From a virus (lineage: Duplodnaviria; Caudoviricetes): 64,000 bases of DNA. The stretch is taken from the IMG/VR virus record IMGVR_UViG_3300031555_001562, one strand, 5' to 3'. Below the pieces are notes generated by a model. The model made no database searches, was not told where the DNA came from, and saw only the letters and a program-made list of their open reading frames with translations. Below are positions 48,556-59,100 of this stretch, piece after piece (position 1 is the stretch's first letter; each line of letters begins with the position of its first letter). Made by a program: the position numbers and the translations under genes.

Positions 48556-50400
48556 ATGTCTTTAATTGGTTCTAACAACGAGCAAAAGATTTGGAATTAC
48601 CTCAAATCAAAAGGACTGAACGATTATGGCATTTCAGGTCTTATGGGCAACATTTTTGCCGAAAGCGGCTTAAATCCAATGAATCTTCAGAACACTTATG
48701 AGAAATCTCTAAAGTATTCTGACGAAGAATACTGTAAAGCTGTGGATAACGGTACTTACACGAACTTTGTGCAGGATAAAGCTGGTTGGGGTCTTTGCCA
48801 ATGGACATTTTGGAGCAGAAAGGAAAATCTGCTCAAATTTGCCCAGGCGAACAGAAAGTCAATCGGTGATCTTGAGATGCAGCTTGATTTCTTGTGGAAA
48901 GAATTGAGCGAAAGTTATAAGTCCGTGTTGAATGTGCTGAAAACCGCAACTTCTGTTCTTGAAGCTTCCAATGCAGTCCTTCTGAATTTTGAGCGTCCAG
49001 CAAAACGGGATGAAGAAGTTCAAAACAAACGTGCCGGATTTGGCAAGGTTTATTTTGATAAATACGCAACCGTGAAAGATCAGACTACAAGCACTGGAGG
49101 TAACGGAAAAATGAAATATAGTGCAAATAACAAACCTATTGTATGCATGATGACAAACAGTACATGCTACAAGGGTACGAGAAAGATGAATGTGCTTGGC
49201 GTTCTGTGGCACAGCACAGGCGCTAATAACCCTTGGCTCAAGAGATACGTTCAGCCTAGCGACAATGCCAGTGACAGAGCGGAGCTGATTGAGCTGATCG
49301 GTAAGAATACATACGGAAACGATTGGAATCACATTAATCGTCAGGCCGGTCTGAATTGCTGGATCGGTAAGCTTGCCGACGGTACTGTTGCTACTGTCCA
49401 GACAATGCCTTGGGATTATCGTCCCTGGGGCTGTGGCAGTGGTTCAAAGGGTTCTTGCAACAATGGCTGGATTCAGTTTGAGATCTGTGAAGATGCGCTG
49501 ACTGATAAGACCTACTTCGATAAGGTCTACAAAGAAGCTTGCGAAATCACTGCATATCTGTGTGATATGTATGACCTGGATCCCAACGGAACTGTTACTA
49601 TGAACGGCGTTAAGGTTCCTGTTATTCTGTGTCATGCAGATAGTTATAACCTTGGCCTTGGTTCAAATCATGGCGACGTTCTGCACTGGTTTAAGAAGCA
49701 CGGTAAGACAATGGCTGATGTTCGTAATGACGTTGCTGCCCTGATGGGTTCTGCCGCTACAGACGCTCCCACTACGCCCACAACTCCTGTTCAGCCTGAT
49801 ACTCCTGTAACGACTGAAATGTATCGTGTGCGTAAGTCATGGGCTGATAGCAAATCTCAGATCGGCGCATACCGTGACCTGAATAATGCAAAGGCTGCAT
49901 GCGATAAGGCCGGTGCTGGTTACTACGTGTTCAACTCAGCTGGCAAGGCAGTTTATCCCGTCGTAGACAAGCTGGAAGTTGGCGATGAAGTCACTCTGGT
50001 ATCTGGCGCAAAATATACTTCAGGCGCAACTCCTAAGCCCTGGGTGTACACTTCTACTCTGTATGTCAGAGAACTTCGCAATAACGATACTGTTGCCGTG
50101 ATTTCTACAAAGAAGACTGGCGACATCACTGGCGTTGTATATGTCAAGGATCTGAAGCAGAAGGGACAGATTTCTACTGTTCCTGCTACTCCTGCATTCC
50201 AGGCATACAAGGTAAAGGTTACTGCCAATGTGCTTAACATTCGTAAGGGTGCTGGCACTAACTATGGAATTGCTGGCGCAATTAAGGACAAGGGTATTTA
50301 TACCATCGTAGCTGAGTCCACCGGAAAGGGTGCAACTAAGTGGGGAAAGCTGAAGTCTGGCGCTGGTTGGATTTCCTTAGATTACTGTGAGAAGATTTAA
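48556..50400 (+). CDS. Modular endolysin: tail-lysozyme domain, amidase_2 and SH3-type cell-wall binding domains
   Basis: GLMGNIFAESG, GLCQWT, FERP; HSTG, FEICE, HAD; C-terminal LNIRKG...WGKLKSGAGWISLDY. Confidence 0.85.
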   Translation: MSLIGSNNEQKIWNYLKSKGLNDYGISGLMGNIFAESGLNPMNLQNTYEKSLKYSDEEYCKAVDNGTYTNFVQDKAGWGLCQWTFWSRKENLLKFAQANRKSIGDLEMQLDFLWKELSESYKSVLNVLKTATSVLEASNAVLLNFERPAKRDEEVQNKRAGFGKVYFDKYATVKDQTTSTGGNGKMKYSANNKPIVCMMTNSTCYKGTRKMNVLGVLWHSTGANNPWLKRYVQPSDNASDRAELIELIGKNTYGNDWNHINRQAGLNCWIGKLADGTVATVQTMPWDYRPWGCGSGSKGSCNNGWIQFEICEDALTDKTYFDKVYKEACEITAYLCDMYDLDPNGTVTMNGVKVPVILCHADSYNLGLGSNHGDVLHWFKKHGKTMADVRNDVAALMGSAATDAPTTPTTPVQPDTPVTTEMYRVRKSWADSKSQIGAYRDLNNAKAACDKAGAGYYVFNSAGKAVYPVVDKLEVGDEVTLVSGAKYTSGATPKPWVYTSTLYVRELRNNDTVAVISTKKTGDITGVVYVKDLKQKGQISTVPATPAFQAYKVKVTANVLNIRKGAGTNYGIAGAIKDKGIYTIVAESTGKGATKWGKLKSGAGWISLDYCEKI

Positions 50401-50504
50401 TTGACATTTGTGATTATGGCGAGGTAAAAGCCTCGCCATAGTTATTAAAGGCATCTCATGCTTGGTGCCTTTTATTATTACAGAAGGTATGGTGTTAGTG
50501 TGAA

Positions 50505-51155
50505 ATGCTTAATTATTTGGAATATTTGAACATTCCGGCTACAGTTGCTTTCTGCATAGCCGTAGTGTTTTTCGGACTCCAATTGGTTGGAGAGTTCTTG
50601 GAAAAAATGGGCAAGATTGTTCCCGAATTCATGAAGATCAGAAAATATTTTGCTCGTAAGAAAAGAGAGAAGGAAGTGCTTGCACAGCTCCCTGAAATTT
50701 TCGCTGAAATTCGTGATGTTCCTGCAACACTGAAGCAAGTTAAAGCTTTGTTGAGCGACGTTGATAAGCACTATAGCAAAGACAATATTGCGAAGAGAGA
50801 TGGTTGGATTAATACAGTGAATACAAAACTTGAATCTAACGATCATGTTATTCAAGAACTTGTCCGCAAGATGGATCAAAACAACGAAGATACTCTCGAA
50901 TTAAAGATTGAGAGCAAACGTAGTACAATCATCGATTTTGCCTCATATGTAATCGATGAGAGCCGCCCAGTCACCAGAGAGCAGTTTAATAGAATCTTCA
51001 AAACTTACAATGAGTATGAAGAGACGATTGAGAAGAATGGTTTGACGAATGGTGAGGTTGATATTGCATACAGAATTATTACTGAAGCATATGAAACACA
51101 TATGAGAAATCGTACCTTTATCGAAGATATTCGTGGGTATGATAAATCAAACTAA
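50505..51155 (+). CDS. Membrane-anchored hypothetical protein
   Basis: N-terminal TM; YE......NG.V.....I...Y C-terminus. Confidence 0.6.
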   Translation: MLNYLEYLNIPATVAFCIAVVFFGLQLVGEFLEKMGKIVPEFMKIRKYFARKKREKEVLAQLPEIFAEIRDVPATLKQVKALLSDVDKHYSKDNIAKRDGWINTVNTKLESNDHVIQELVRKMDQNNEDTLELKIESKRSTIIDFASYVIDESRPVTREQFNRIFKTYNEYEETIEKNGLTNGEVDIAYRIITEAYETHMRNRTFIEDIRGYDKSN

Positions 51156-51173
51156 GATTTTATTGACCATTCA

Positions 51174-51221
51174 ATACAATATATAGTTTGATTTTGATAT
51201 TCGTAACACAACATGTAGTAG
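51174..51221 (+). promoter_or_regulatory. Tandem NrdR-box-like sites
   Basis: ATACAATATATAGTTT (51174) and ACACAACATGTAGTAG (51206), 32 bp apart; both fit acaCwAtATaTwGtg at the conserved positions. Confidence 0.55.
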
Positions 51222-51293
51222 TTAAAGAATGGTGGATGGGGTTTCTTGTCCACCATTCATTGTATTTTGATGAATGAAAGGAGGAAACGGTAA

Positions 51294-54200
51294 ATGGATA
51301 TATTGGTCAATGTAGCTAACCAAAAACTGAAAATCGCTACCAATCTAAAAAGCCTCGTTGCTGGTACTCAGGAATTTGTTAGATTCGTTTTCAACCTGAC
51401 TGGCGACTGGGATGACCTATTAACATTTGCCCAATTCCGTCAGGACGGCGTTGCTTATAACCAGTATCTAGATGAAGATAACAGCGCATATTTGCCAGCA
51501 GAAATCGGAACTGGCACTTGTACGCTGATGCTATATGGTAGTAACGATAAGACAATCGGTACTACAAACTATATCACGCTGACCATTGATGAGAATATTC
51601 TGGTCACTGATGCAAACAGTACTGAGATCACAGAATCTCTGTATAATCAGCTCGTCACAAAAGTCAATTCTCTGACCACTTGGAACGAGCAGAGTGCGGC
51701 AGACCTCATCGAGACAGATAAAAATCTTCAGATTCAGATCAACAAGAAAGCCGATCAATCTGCTCTTGATACTGAGATTGCAAGAGCTAAACAGGCAGAA
51801 AAGGCCAATGCTGATGCGATTGCACTAAAGGCAAGTCAGTCAGATGTCAATGATCTGATGCTGAAGGTGTCTGAACTTGAGAACAACGAAGTCGTTGCGG
51901 AGCTTATTCAAGATGCTGTTATTGCAGAAATGGAAGAATATATGTCTTCCGGTAAGCTTGCAAATATGACGATTGCAGATAGTAGCATTACAAGAAGTAA
52001 GGTTGATTCTGATTTCAATGACACTCTGACAAAAGCCGATTCTGCAATGCAGCCGTCAGTTTACGATCCGCAAGGATTGAAAGTTGACGTGTTCTCTTAC
52101 GCAAAGGCAAAAGCTGATACCGTCCAGATGAATCTGGAGGATGTTAAAGATGAGATTAAGGATGCTTATAAGCTGACCGACACAATCTCATACACTACCC
52201 TGGGCGATGCCATTCGTGGTATCCTGCCGCTGTCACAGCAGTACGCTCAGGCTTTGCTGGCAGACTACAAGGCATTTACCATTAAGATCGTCGAAGAACT
52301 TCCCACAACGGGTGAAGTTATGACGTTCTATCTCGTTCCAAATGATTCTAATACTGGTTACGATAAGTATTGGTGGATCACTGATGAGAACGGCGACTCT
52401 AAGTGGGATGTCTTCGGTAGCTCTTCTACTATGGTTGTTACTGAGCTGCCTGAAACTGGCGACGCAGACGTGGACTACGTTCTGAAATCAGACGCTGGTT
52501 GTCTGTACTATAAGTGGATTGATGGCTACTGGGAAGTTGTCGCCGGATCTGTTGCCGACATTGTGACGGAACTGCCCGAAGAGGGCAATGAGTTCACTGA
52601 TTACTATCTTCTGAATGATGAAGGTTCCTATGTGCATCATCGTTGGATCAACGGAAGATTCCATGTTATCGGTGGCAATTCATATACAAAAGATGAAAGC
52701 GACACAACAGTATCTCAGTTGAGAGATGAAATCGTAAATGTTCAGAAAAATGTTGATGCGAACGCTACTAACATTGAATCAAATACTGCGAATATTGCTT
52801 CTCTTAACGGTACTTTGACTGCGCTTCAGCAGGAAATGAAGAATCTGGATGTTGAGGGTTATACATATTACGCAACATACGGAAAGACGGTCACTATCAC
52901 TGGTGAAGAAAAAGATTACGTCTATACTCTATATCAGTGTAAAGGTGACGTAGAAGAGGTTGTTAGCCAGTTTGTCATTGCTGGTGGCGGCACTGGTACT
53001 GGCGACACCACTACCGTGACAAATCTGGTTGTCGAGAAAGTAACCTCTTCGCCCGTTATCGCAACTCCTACTAATAAGATCGAACTAGAGTATACATACT
53101 CTTCAACCGATACTGATGGAGAAGAGATTGACGGTACTTATACATGGAAACTCGGCAAGAACACAATCATTGGAACTGGTTCTTGTATTCAGGGAACAAA
53201 CAGATTTGATGTGACCGATTTCGTTAGTGTCGGCACACAGAAGCTTACTTTGACAGTTGTCGATGATGGTGGTAGCGTCGCTGTTAAGACATGGACTGTT
53301 CAGATTGTTGACGTGCGTTTGGAATCGGCATTCAGCGATAAGATTACTTATACTGCTGGAAATGCTGTCAATTTCTCATATACACCTTACGGCGCTGTCT
53401 CTAAGACAGTGCATTTTATTTTGGATGGAAAACCTCTCGATCCTGTGACAACATCCGCATCTGGTATTTCACAGTCTTATTCTCTTCCTGCACAAAGCCA
53501 CGGCGCTCACTTGCTTGAATGCTATATTACTGCAAAGATCACCGATACCAACACTGTTGAAACAGATCATATCTTCAAGGACATCATATGGTATGACGAA
53601 GCTTCAAACGTTCCTGTTATCGGCTGTATCTACAGATACGATCATTATGGCAAAGTTGCAGCAAGACAATACGACTCCACAAATATCGTATATCATGTTT
53701 TTGATCCTAATACCGGAAGCCCAATTGTTGAGCATAAGGCTGATGATGCAGTTGTTTCAACTCAGACGATGACAACCACATCAAATACGTGGACATACAA
53801 ATCTGATATTATCGGAGATCATACGCTTGTTATCTCTTGCGGAGAAACATCTGTGACAATCGTCATGGATATTAAGGATCTTGGTGTCGAGATTGTTCCC
53901 GTTACCGCAAACCTCGAATTCGACTTTAATCCAACCGGCTTATCTAACAGTAGTGCAAATAAGTTGTGGGTTGACGAAAAAACTGGCGTTGCTTTGTCTG
54001 TATCCGACAACTTTGACTGGAATAACGGTGGTTATCAGCTTGATGCTGATGGCAACCAGTACTTCTGCGTTAAGGCAGGAACAGAGGCGTATATCGACTA
54101 TAAGTTGTTTGCCAACGATGCCATTAGCACTACTGGCGCAGAGTTCAAAGTCATTTTCAAAGTAACCAATGTTCGTGACGTTGACGCAACATTCTTGTCT

Positions 54201-57200
54201 TGTGTCGCCGGTTCTGTTCCTGTTGGCCTGAGAATGGATGCTCATGCTGCCTATCTGATGACGAGTGGTACTGGCGCAGATCCTCTGTACATGCCATACA
54301 GTGAAGACGATATCATCGAGTTCGAGTTCAATGTGAATCCTCTGGTTGATGAAGATTCCACTGCTCTGATTATGAGCTACGAAGACGGAACTGGTTACAG
54401 GCCGTTGCTATACGATTCTTCTCACAGATTGTATCAGTATTCTTCAGAAGCCGCTCCTATCACAATTGGTTCTTCTGACTGTGATGTTCATATCTATCGT
54501 ATGAAGGCATATAGCGCATTCCTAAGCGATGCCGATATTCTTTCAAACTTCATTGCAGACGCTCGTGATTCGGAGACCATGTTGAATAGATATGACCGAA
54601 ACCAGATCTATGATGAGAACAATCTTCTGAAGCCTGATTATCTATCAGAGATTTGCCCCGATCTGAAGATCATCACAATCGAATGTCCTCACTTCACGAA
54701 GGACAAGAAAGAGATGATTAAGAACTCCATTGTCCAGTGTTACCACAAAAATGGTGACGCAGCTCTAGACAATTGGAGAGCAATCAACTGTTGCCACTCT
54801 GGTCAGGGTACTACTTCAAACGAATATGGCTATGCAGGACGAAACCTGAATATCTATATGTGTTTTGACGGTCAATACTCTAACAAGAATCTTGATGATG
54901 GCGCTATTGACCCGAACTTCATCACAGAGCTGAGACTTGGCGACGGAACAGTGTACTCAGACGGTACTGGTAAGGTTACTCTGACCAGAACATCTGTTGA
55001 AAATGCACTGTTCAATATTAAGGTCAATATTGCTTCTTCTGAGAATGCAAACAATGCTCTTTTGGCTAAGAGATTCCATCGTTATCTGCCATACACAACT
55101 GTTGGAGAGAGACGTAATCCTAACGCAAAGACCACTATGGAATTCGTAAACTGTGTTGTTTTCATTAAGGAAACCGACACTGATATGAGTACACATAGAG
55201 AGTTCCAGGACAATGAATGGCACTTCTATGCCATTGGTAATATTGGTGACTCTAAGGATACAGATATTACTCGTGTGAATGATCCTGACGATCATAACGA
55301 ATTTGTCGTTGAAATTGAGGATAATACTTTCCCTAACTCTATCTTCCCGACTGGTGTAACTGACAGCGATGGAAAGCAAGTTTATCCCATCTCTGAATCT
55401 CAATGGGTTTCTGGAAATACTGCCTATGATTCTCTGCATAATAATTGGGGCGACACATACGGATTCCGTTACTCACATCCTGACATTACCGATGCAGAAG
55501 AAGAGGCAAACATTGCAATCTGGAATAACTTCTACAAATGGCTTATCACCGCAACGGATGAAGAGTTCACTTCCGAATTGTCTAATTGGTTCATTGAAGA
55601 GTCCGCTCTGTATATGTATCTGTTTACTGAGCGTTATACCATGCTGGATAACCGTGCTAAGAATACTTTCTGGCACTGGGGCAAGGTGTATATCTCCGAT
55701 GCAGAGGCAACTGCAATGGGTGCAACAAAAGCTGCATGGTTTACCCTGGATAATGAAAAAGCAGCCATCAACAATGGCTACCGCTTCGATTTCTGGGATT
55801 ACGATAATGATACCGCAATCGGTATTAACAACTCCGGTGAGATGACCCAGCCTTATGGTAAGGAAGACTATGACTATCGTACAGATGGTGATCCCAACTC
55901 TGGTTATATCTTCAATGCAGCTGAAAGCGTGTTCTTCTGCCGTATCCGTGATCTAATGTATGACAAGCTACAGGCAATGTACCTGAGTTGTGAGACAGCA
56001 GGAGCATGGAGTGCATCTGGTCTGATCTCAGAATTTGATGCATGGCAAGAAATGTTCCCTGAAGAGCTGTGGAGATTGGATACTGAGCGTAAGTACTATC
56101 GTACCTATCAGGGCGGCGGTCTGAATGGTGGTCTGACCCCTGAGCCTACTCCCAGATTCCTTGTTACCATGATGAATGGTCGTAAGAAATATCACCGCAG
56201 ACAGTGGGAACGTGACCAGGAGAAGTACATGGGTACTAAATATGTTGGCGCTGACGTTAAGGCAGACCAGATCATGTTTAGATGCAATACTCCTTTGACT
56301 GCCGTTGTGACTCCCAACTATGACCTTAGCATTATTCCTTATTCTGATATGTATGTCACCGTTCTGTACGGTAACTACAATACCCCGATGAGAGTGCGTG
56401 CAAAAGCTGGTGTGGAGTACAAAATTGAGAATCCTCTTGGTAACTCAATGGATGACACTGCAATCCTGATTTACTGCGCTTCTCGTATTCAGGCATTGAA
56501 TGACCTGTCTGGTTGCTACATCCACGACAATGACTTCTCTAAGGCTTCTAAGCTTCAGAAATTGATTATCGGTAATAGTACCGAAGGTTACTCAAATACA
56601 TTCATGACCGAGCTGAACCTTGGTAACAATGCTCTTCTTCAGGAATTGAATGTACGTAATTGCCCGAATCTTGTTGGATCTGTCAATCTGTCTAGTTGTG
56701 GTAATCTGGAAACATTCTATGCTGAAGGAACCGCAATCACTGGTGTTACGTTCGCATCAAATGGTAAGATTTCTGTCGCATATTTGCCTGACACTGTTAA
56801 CACTTTGGTCATGAGAAATCTGAATTATTTGACTGATCTTCAGCTCGTGTTTGATAGTCTGGAAACTTTGACCGAAGAAAACTCAGTCGTTGATGAACTG
56901 GCAATCGTACAGGATGCCATTGATACCCTCCAGACTTTGAGACTGGTTGGAATCAACTGGACGCTTTCTGATACAACTCTGCTGAATCAAATCCTGCGCA
57001 TGAACAGTTCTTCACTGTCCGGCAAGGTTTATGTCAGCGGCGCAATTCGTCTGAACGAACTTTCAAACTATGCCGCCGCATGGCCTGATCTGGAAGTTAC
57101 ATATAACTCCGCAAACCTTGTTACTCAGTATCTCGTCACTTATGTGAATGCTGATGCTGATGCAACGGTTCTGTACGAGGCATATGTTGACCGTGGCTCA

Positions 57201-59006
57201 CTGCCTCCCGATCCTTATGCAGAGGGTTGGATTGAAAAACCAACAATGGAAAGTGACGCACAGTATCATTATGACTTCGGTACTTCTACTGATGGTGTCT
57301 ATGATGTCGGAAGTGGTTGGGACGATATCACTGGTGCTGTCCTGAATAACATGACTGTTGTTGCAGTGTACACAAAGTCTGTGAGAATGTATACCGTTAC
57401 ATGGTATTCAAGAGCCGGTCTATCACTGGGTTCAAAGACTGTTGCTTATGGCAGCGACGTTGAATATGATGGTGATACTCCGACAAATGATTCCGAGGAA
57501 GGTATGTACGTTTACAACGTGTTCGCTGGCTGGAACAAGAGTACTGGCTATATCAGAGAGGATACTGATGTGTATGCAATCTGGGATAGAGCGGAACTTC
57601 CCAGCACAAGCACCGATCTGTCTGAAATGACTCCCGGTGAAGTCTTCGGCGTTACCACATCTGGCAACACTGCAAACTATTTTACTCTGAAGGATCACAT
57701 CGATATTACTCTTGGTCATGACTTTGACTTTGAAAATGTTGATAGTGAAGTGCTTGCTGAGAATGTGTATTTCGACGGAAATACCGCATTCGATAAGCAA
57801 ATCACTCTATTTGGAGAGAATGATCGTTCTTTCACTTTGGCTATTGACTTCCAGTTCTCGGCTACTACGGCAAACAGCACACTCGTGTCTTGCTTCGAAG
57901 AAGATGGCACGGAGGGTTTCCGTCTCCGTTATAGCGCAGCCCCCAACATTCAGTGGGGTGATGCAACACTGAGCTTCGGTAGCGGCAAGATGAGAGATAT
58001 TGTTGTTCTGAGGCACGTCAAGGGAGACAACAAACTCTACGTGTATGCTTCAAACAGCACGTCTTCTGGTACGCACTTCGATCTTGCAATCACACGTGCC
58101 GAGTTGACAAGAAGCCGCAGCACAAACACATCAGCAATCATCACTCTGGGTGCAATTCGCTTCATGGCAGACGGTGGTTACGATGACTACGGTACTGGTT
58201 TTGTTCACTGGTGTAAGATCTGGCATGACGATCTTGGCGAGGCAAACTGCCGCAAGCTTGCCGCATGGTGTCACGAACCCCTGAGAATGGAGTTCTACGG
58301 TGAAGGTCTGTACAGACTGTCCGGTGGTACTAGCCAGAGATCAAATGCAAGTTTTATCTGCAACCATTTGCTTGGTAGCAGAACTCAGCAGATGAATACT
58401 TCCAACACTAACGTTGGTGGCTGGGATGCAACCAAAATGCGCACATTCTTAGCAGACAGAATTTATCCTGCTCTGCCTACGGTATGGCAGTCTATGATTA
58501 AGCAAGTCAAGATCAATGCATCAGCCGGTAACAAGTCTACAGAAATTCTTATTTCTGATGACTATGTGTACATTCCCTCTCTGACTGAAATGAACAACAG
58601 TAAGGACGAGCCATACGTCAGCGAAGGCACTTATATCTCCTGGTTTACGTCAGATCCGATGAGACTGAAGTATAAAGGTATTCTTGTCCCGGACGATTCT
58701 ACCTATTACTCAGATGCATCTGATCCGTCAACCAATACCGCTTATGACATTCAGCCTGGTGACAGATGGAAGAAGAGTGGTGGACAGGGATACGTCTACG
58801 TGTCTCAAGATTATGTGGACAAGTATGCTATCACTCCTGATGTTACAGCTTCTATTGGCGGTGGATGGGTTTCCGCTTACAACTGGTGGTTGCGCTCACC
58901 TAATGTTGGCAGCACCACTTTCTTCTGGAGTGTCCACAACAATGGCACCTTGACCAACGGCAGCGCCAGCAACTCTATTGGCGTGTGTCCCTGCTTCTCA
59001 ATCTAA
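51294..59006 (+). CDS. DGR target protein: giant tail fibre/adhesin with C-terminal C-type-lectin-fold variable domain
   Basis: 2570 aa; N-terminal baseplate-anchor-like region, LamG-like and LRR segments; ends in WWLRSP...GVCPCFSI encoded by the VR. Confidence 0.85.
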   Translation: MDILVNVANQKLKIATNLKSLVAGTQEFVRFVFNLTGDWDDLLTFAQFRQDGVAYNQYLDEDNSAYLPAEIGTGTCTLMLYGSNDKTIGTTNYITLTIDENILVTDANSTEITESLYNQLVTKVNSLTTWNEQSAADLIETDKNLQIQINKKADQSALDTEIARAKQAEKANADAIALKASQSDVNDLMLKVSELENNEVVAELIQDAVIAEMEEYMSSGKLANMTIADSSITRSKVDSDFNDTLTKADSAMQPSVYDPQGLKVDVFSYAKAKADTVQMNLEDVKDEIKDAYKLTDTISYTTLGDAIRGILPLSQQYAQALLADYKAFTIKIVEELPTTGEVMTFYLVPNDSNTGYDKYWWITDENGDSKWDVFGSSSTMVVTELPETGDADVDYVLKSDAGCLYYKWIDGYWEVVAGSVADIVTELPEEGNEFTDYYLLNDEGSYVHHRWINGRFHVIGGNSYTKDESDTTVSQLRDEIVNVQKNVDANATNIESNTANIASLNGTLTALQQEMKNLDVEGYTYYATYGKTVTITGEEKDYVYTLYQCKGDVEEVVSQFVIAGGGTGTGDTTTVTNLVVEKVTSSPVIATPTNKIELEYTYSSTDTDGEEIDGTYTWKLGKNTIIGTGSCIQGTNRFDVTDFVSVGTQKLTLTVVDDGGSVAVKTWTVQIVDVRLESAFSDKITYTAGNAVNFSYTPYGAVSKTVHFILDGKPLDPVTTSASGISQSYSLPAQSHGAHLLECYITAKITDTNTVETDHIFKDIIWYDEASNVPVIGCIYRYDHYGKVAARQYDSTNIVYHVFDPNTGSPIVEHKADDAVVSTQTMTTTSNTWTYKSDIIGDHTLVISCGETSVTIVMDIKDLGVEIVPVTANLEFDFNPTGLSNSSANKLWVDEKTGVALSVSDNFDWNNGGYQLDADGNQYFCVKAGTEAYIDYKLFANDAISTTGAEFKVIFKVTNVRDVDATFLSCVAGSVPVGLRMDAHAAYLMTSGTGADPLYMPYSEDDIIEFEFNVNPLVDEDSTALIMSYEDGTGYRPLLYDSSHRLYQYSSEAAPITIGSSDCDVHIYRMKAYSAFLSDADILSNFIADARDSETMLNRYDRNQIYDENNLLKPDYLSEICPDLKIITIECPHFTKDKKEMIKNSIVQCYHKNGDAALDNWRAINCCHSGQGTTSNEYGYAGRNLNIYMCFDGQYSNKNLDDGAIDPNFITELRLGDGTVYSDGTGKVTLTRTSVENALFNIKVNIASSENANNALLAKRFHRYLPYTTVGERRNPNAKTTMEFVNCVVFIKETDTDMSTHREFQDNEWHFYAIGNIGDSKDTDITRVNDPDDHNEFVVEIEDNTFPNSIFPTGVTDSDGKQVYPISESQWVSGNTAYDSLHNNWGDTYGFRYSHPDITDAEEEANIAIWNNFYKWLITATDEEFTSELSNWFIEESALYMYLFTERYTMLDNRAKNTFWHWGKVYISDAEATAMGATKAAWFTLDNEKAAINNGYRFDFWDYDNDTAIGINNSGEMTQPYGKEDYDYRTDGDPNSGYIFNAAESVFFCRIRDLMYDKLQAMYLSCETAGAWSASGLISEFDAWQEMFPEELWRLDTERKYYRTYQGGGLNGGLTPEPTPRFLVTMMNGRKKYHRRQWERDQEKYMGTKYVGADVKADQIMFRCNTPLTAVVTPNYDLSIIPYSDMYVTVLYGNYNTPMRVRAKAGVEYKIENPLGNSMDDTAILIYCASRIQALNDLSGCYIHDNDFSKASKLQKLIIGNSTEGYSNTFMTELNLGNNALLQELNVRNCPNLVGSVNLSSCGNLETFYAEGTAITGVTFASNGKISVAYLPDTVNTLVMRNLNYLTDLQLVFDSLETLTEENSVVDELAIVQDAIDTLQTLRLVGINWTLSDTTLLNQILRMNSSSLSGKVYVSGAIRLNELSNYAAAWPDLEVTYNSANLVTQYLVTYVNADADATVLYEAYVDRGSLPPDPYAEGWIEKPTMESDAQYHYDFGTSTDGVYDVGSGWDDITGAVLNNMTVVAVYTKSVRMYTVTWYSRAGLSLGSKTVAYGSDVEYDGDTPTNDSEEGMYVYNVFAGWNKSTGYIREDTDVYAIWDRAELPSTSTDLSEMTPGEVFGVTTSGNTANYFTLKDHIDITLGHDFDFENVDSEVLAENVYFDGNTAFDKQITLFGENDRSFTLAIDFQFSATTANSTLVSCFEEDGTEGFRLRYSAAPNIQWGDATLSFGSGKMRDIVVLRHVKGDNKLYVYASNSTSSGTHFDLAITRAELTRSRSTNTSAIITLGAIRFMADGGYDDYGTGFVHWCKIWHDDLGEANCRKLAAWCHEPLRMEFYGEGLYRLSGGTSQRSNASFICNHLLGSRTQQMNTSNTNVGGWDATKMRTFLADRIYPALPTVWQSMIKQVKINASAGNKSTEILISDDYVYIPSLTEMNNSKDEPYVSEGTYISWFTSDPMRLKYKGILVPDDSTYYSDASDPSTNTAYDIQPGDRWKKSGGQGYVYVSQDYVDKYAITPDVTASIGGGWVSAYNWWLRSPNVGSTTFFWSVHNNGTLTNGSASNSIGVCPCFSI
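58871..59000 (+). repeat. DGR variable repeat (VR)
   Basis: Matches the TR with 13 substitutions, all at TR adenines, plus one 3-nt indel. Confidence 0.95.
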
Positions 59007-59047
59007 GCGAAGCGCCAAATACAACTGTGTACTCATATGGAATGAAC

Positions 59048-59088
59048 AATATATCTGCTGGCGGCATAGCCCGCCCAGCATTTATATT
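59048..59088 (+). other. Hairpin/cruciform downstream of the VR, likely DGR target-recognition element
   Basis: AATATA..TGCTGGCGG...CCGCCCAGCA..TATATT imperfect inverted repeat. Confidence 0.6.
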
Positions 59089-59100
59089 GAGAGGTAACAA

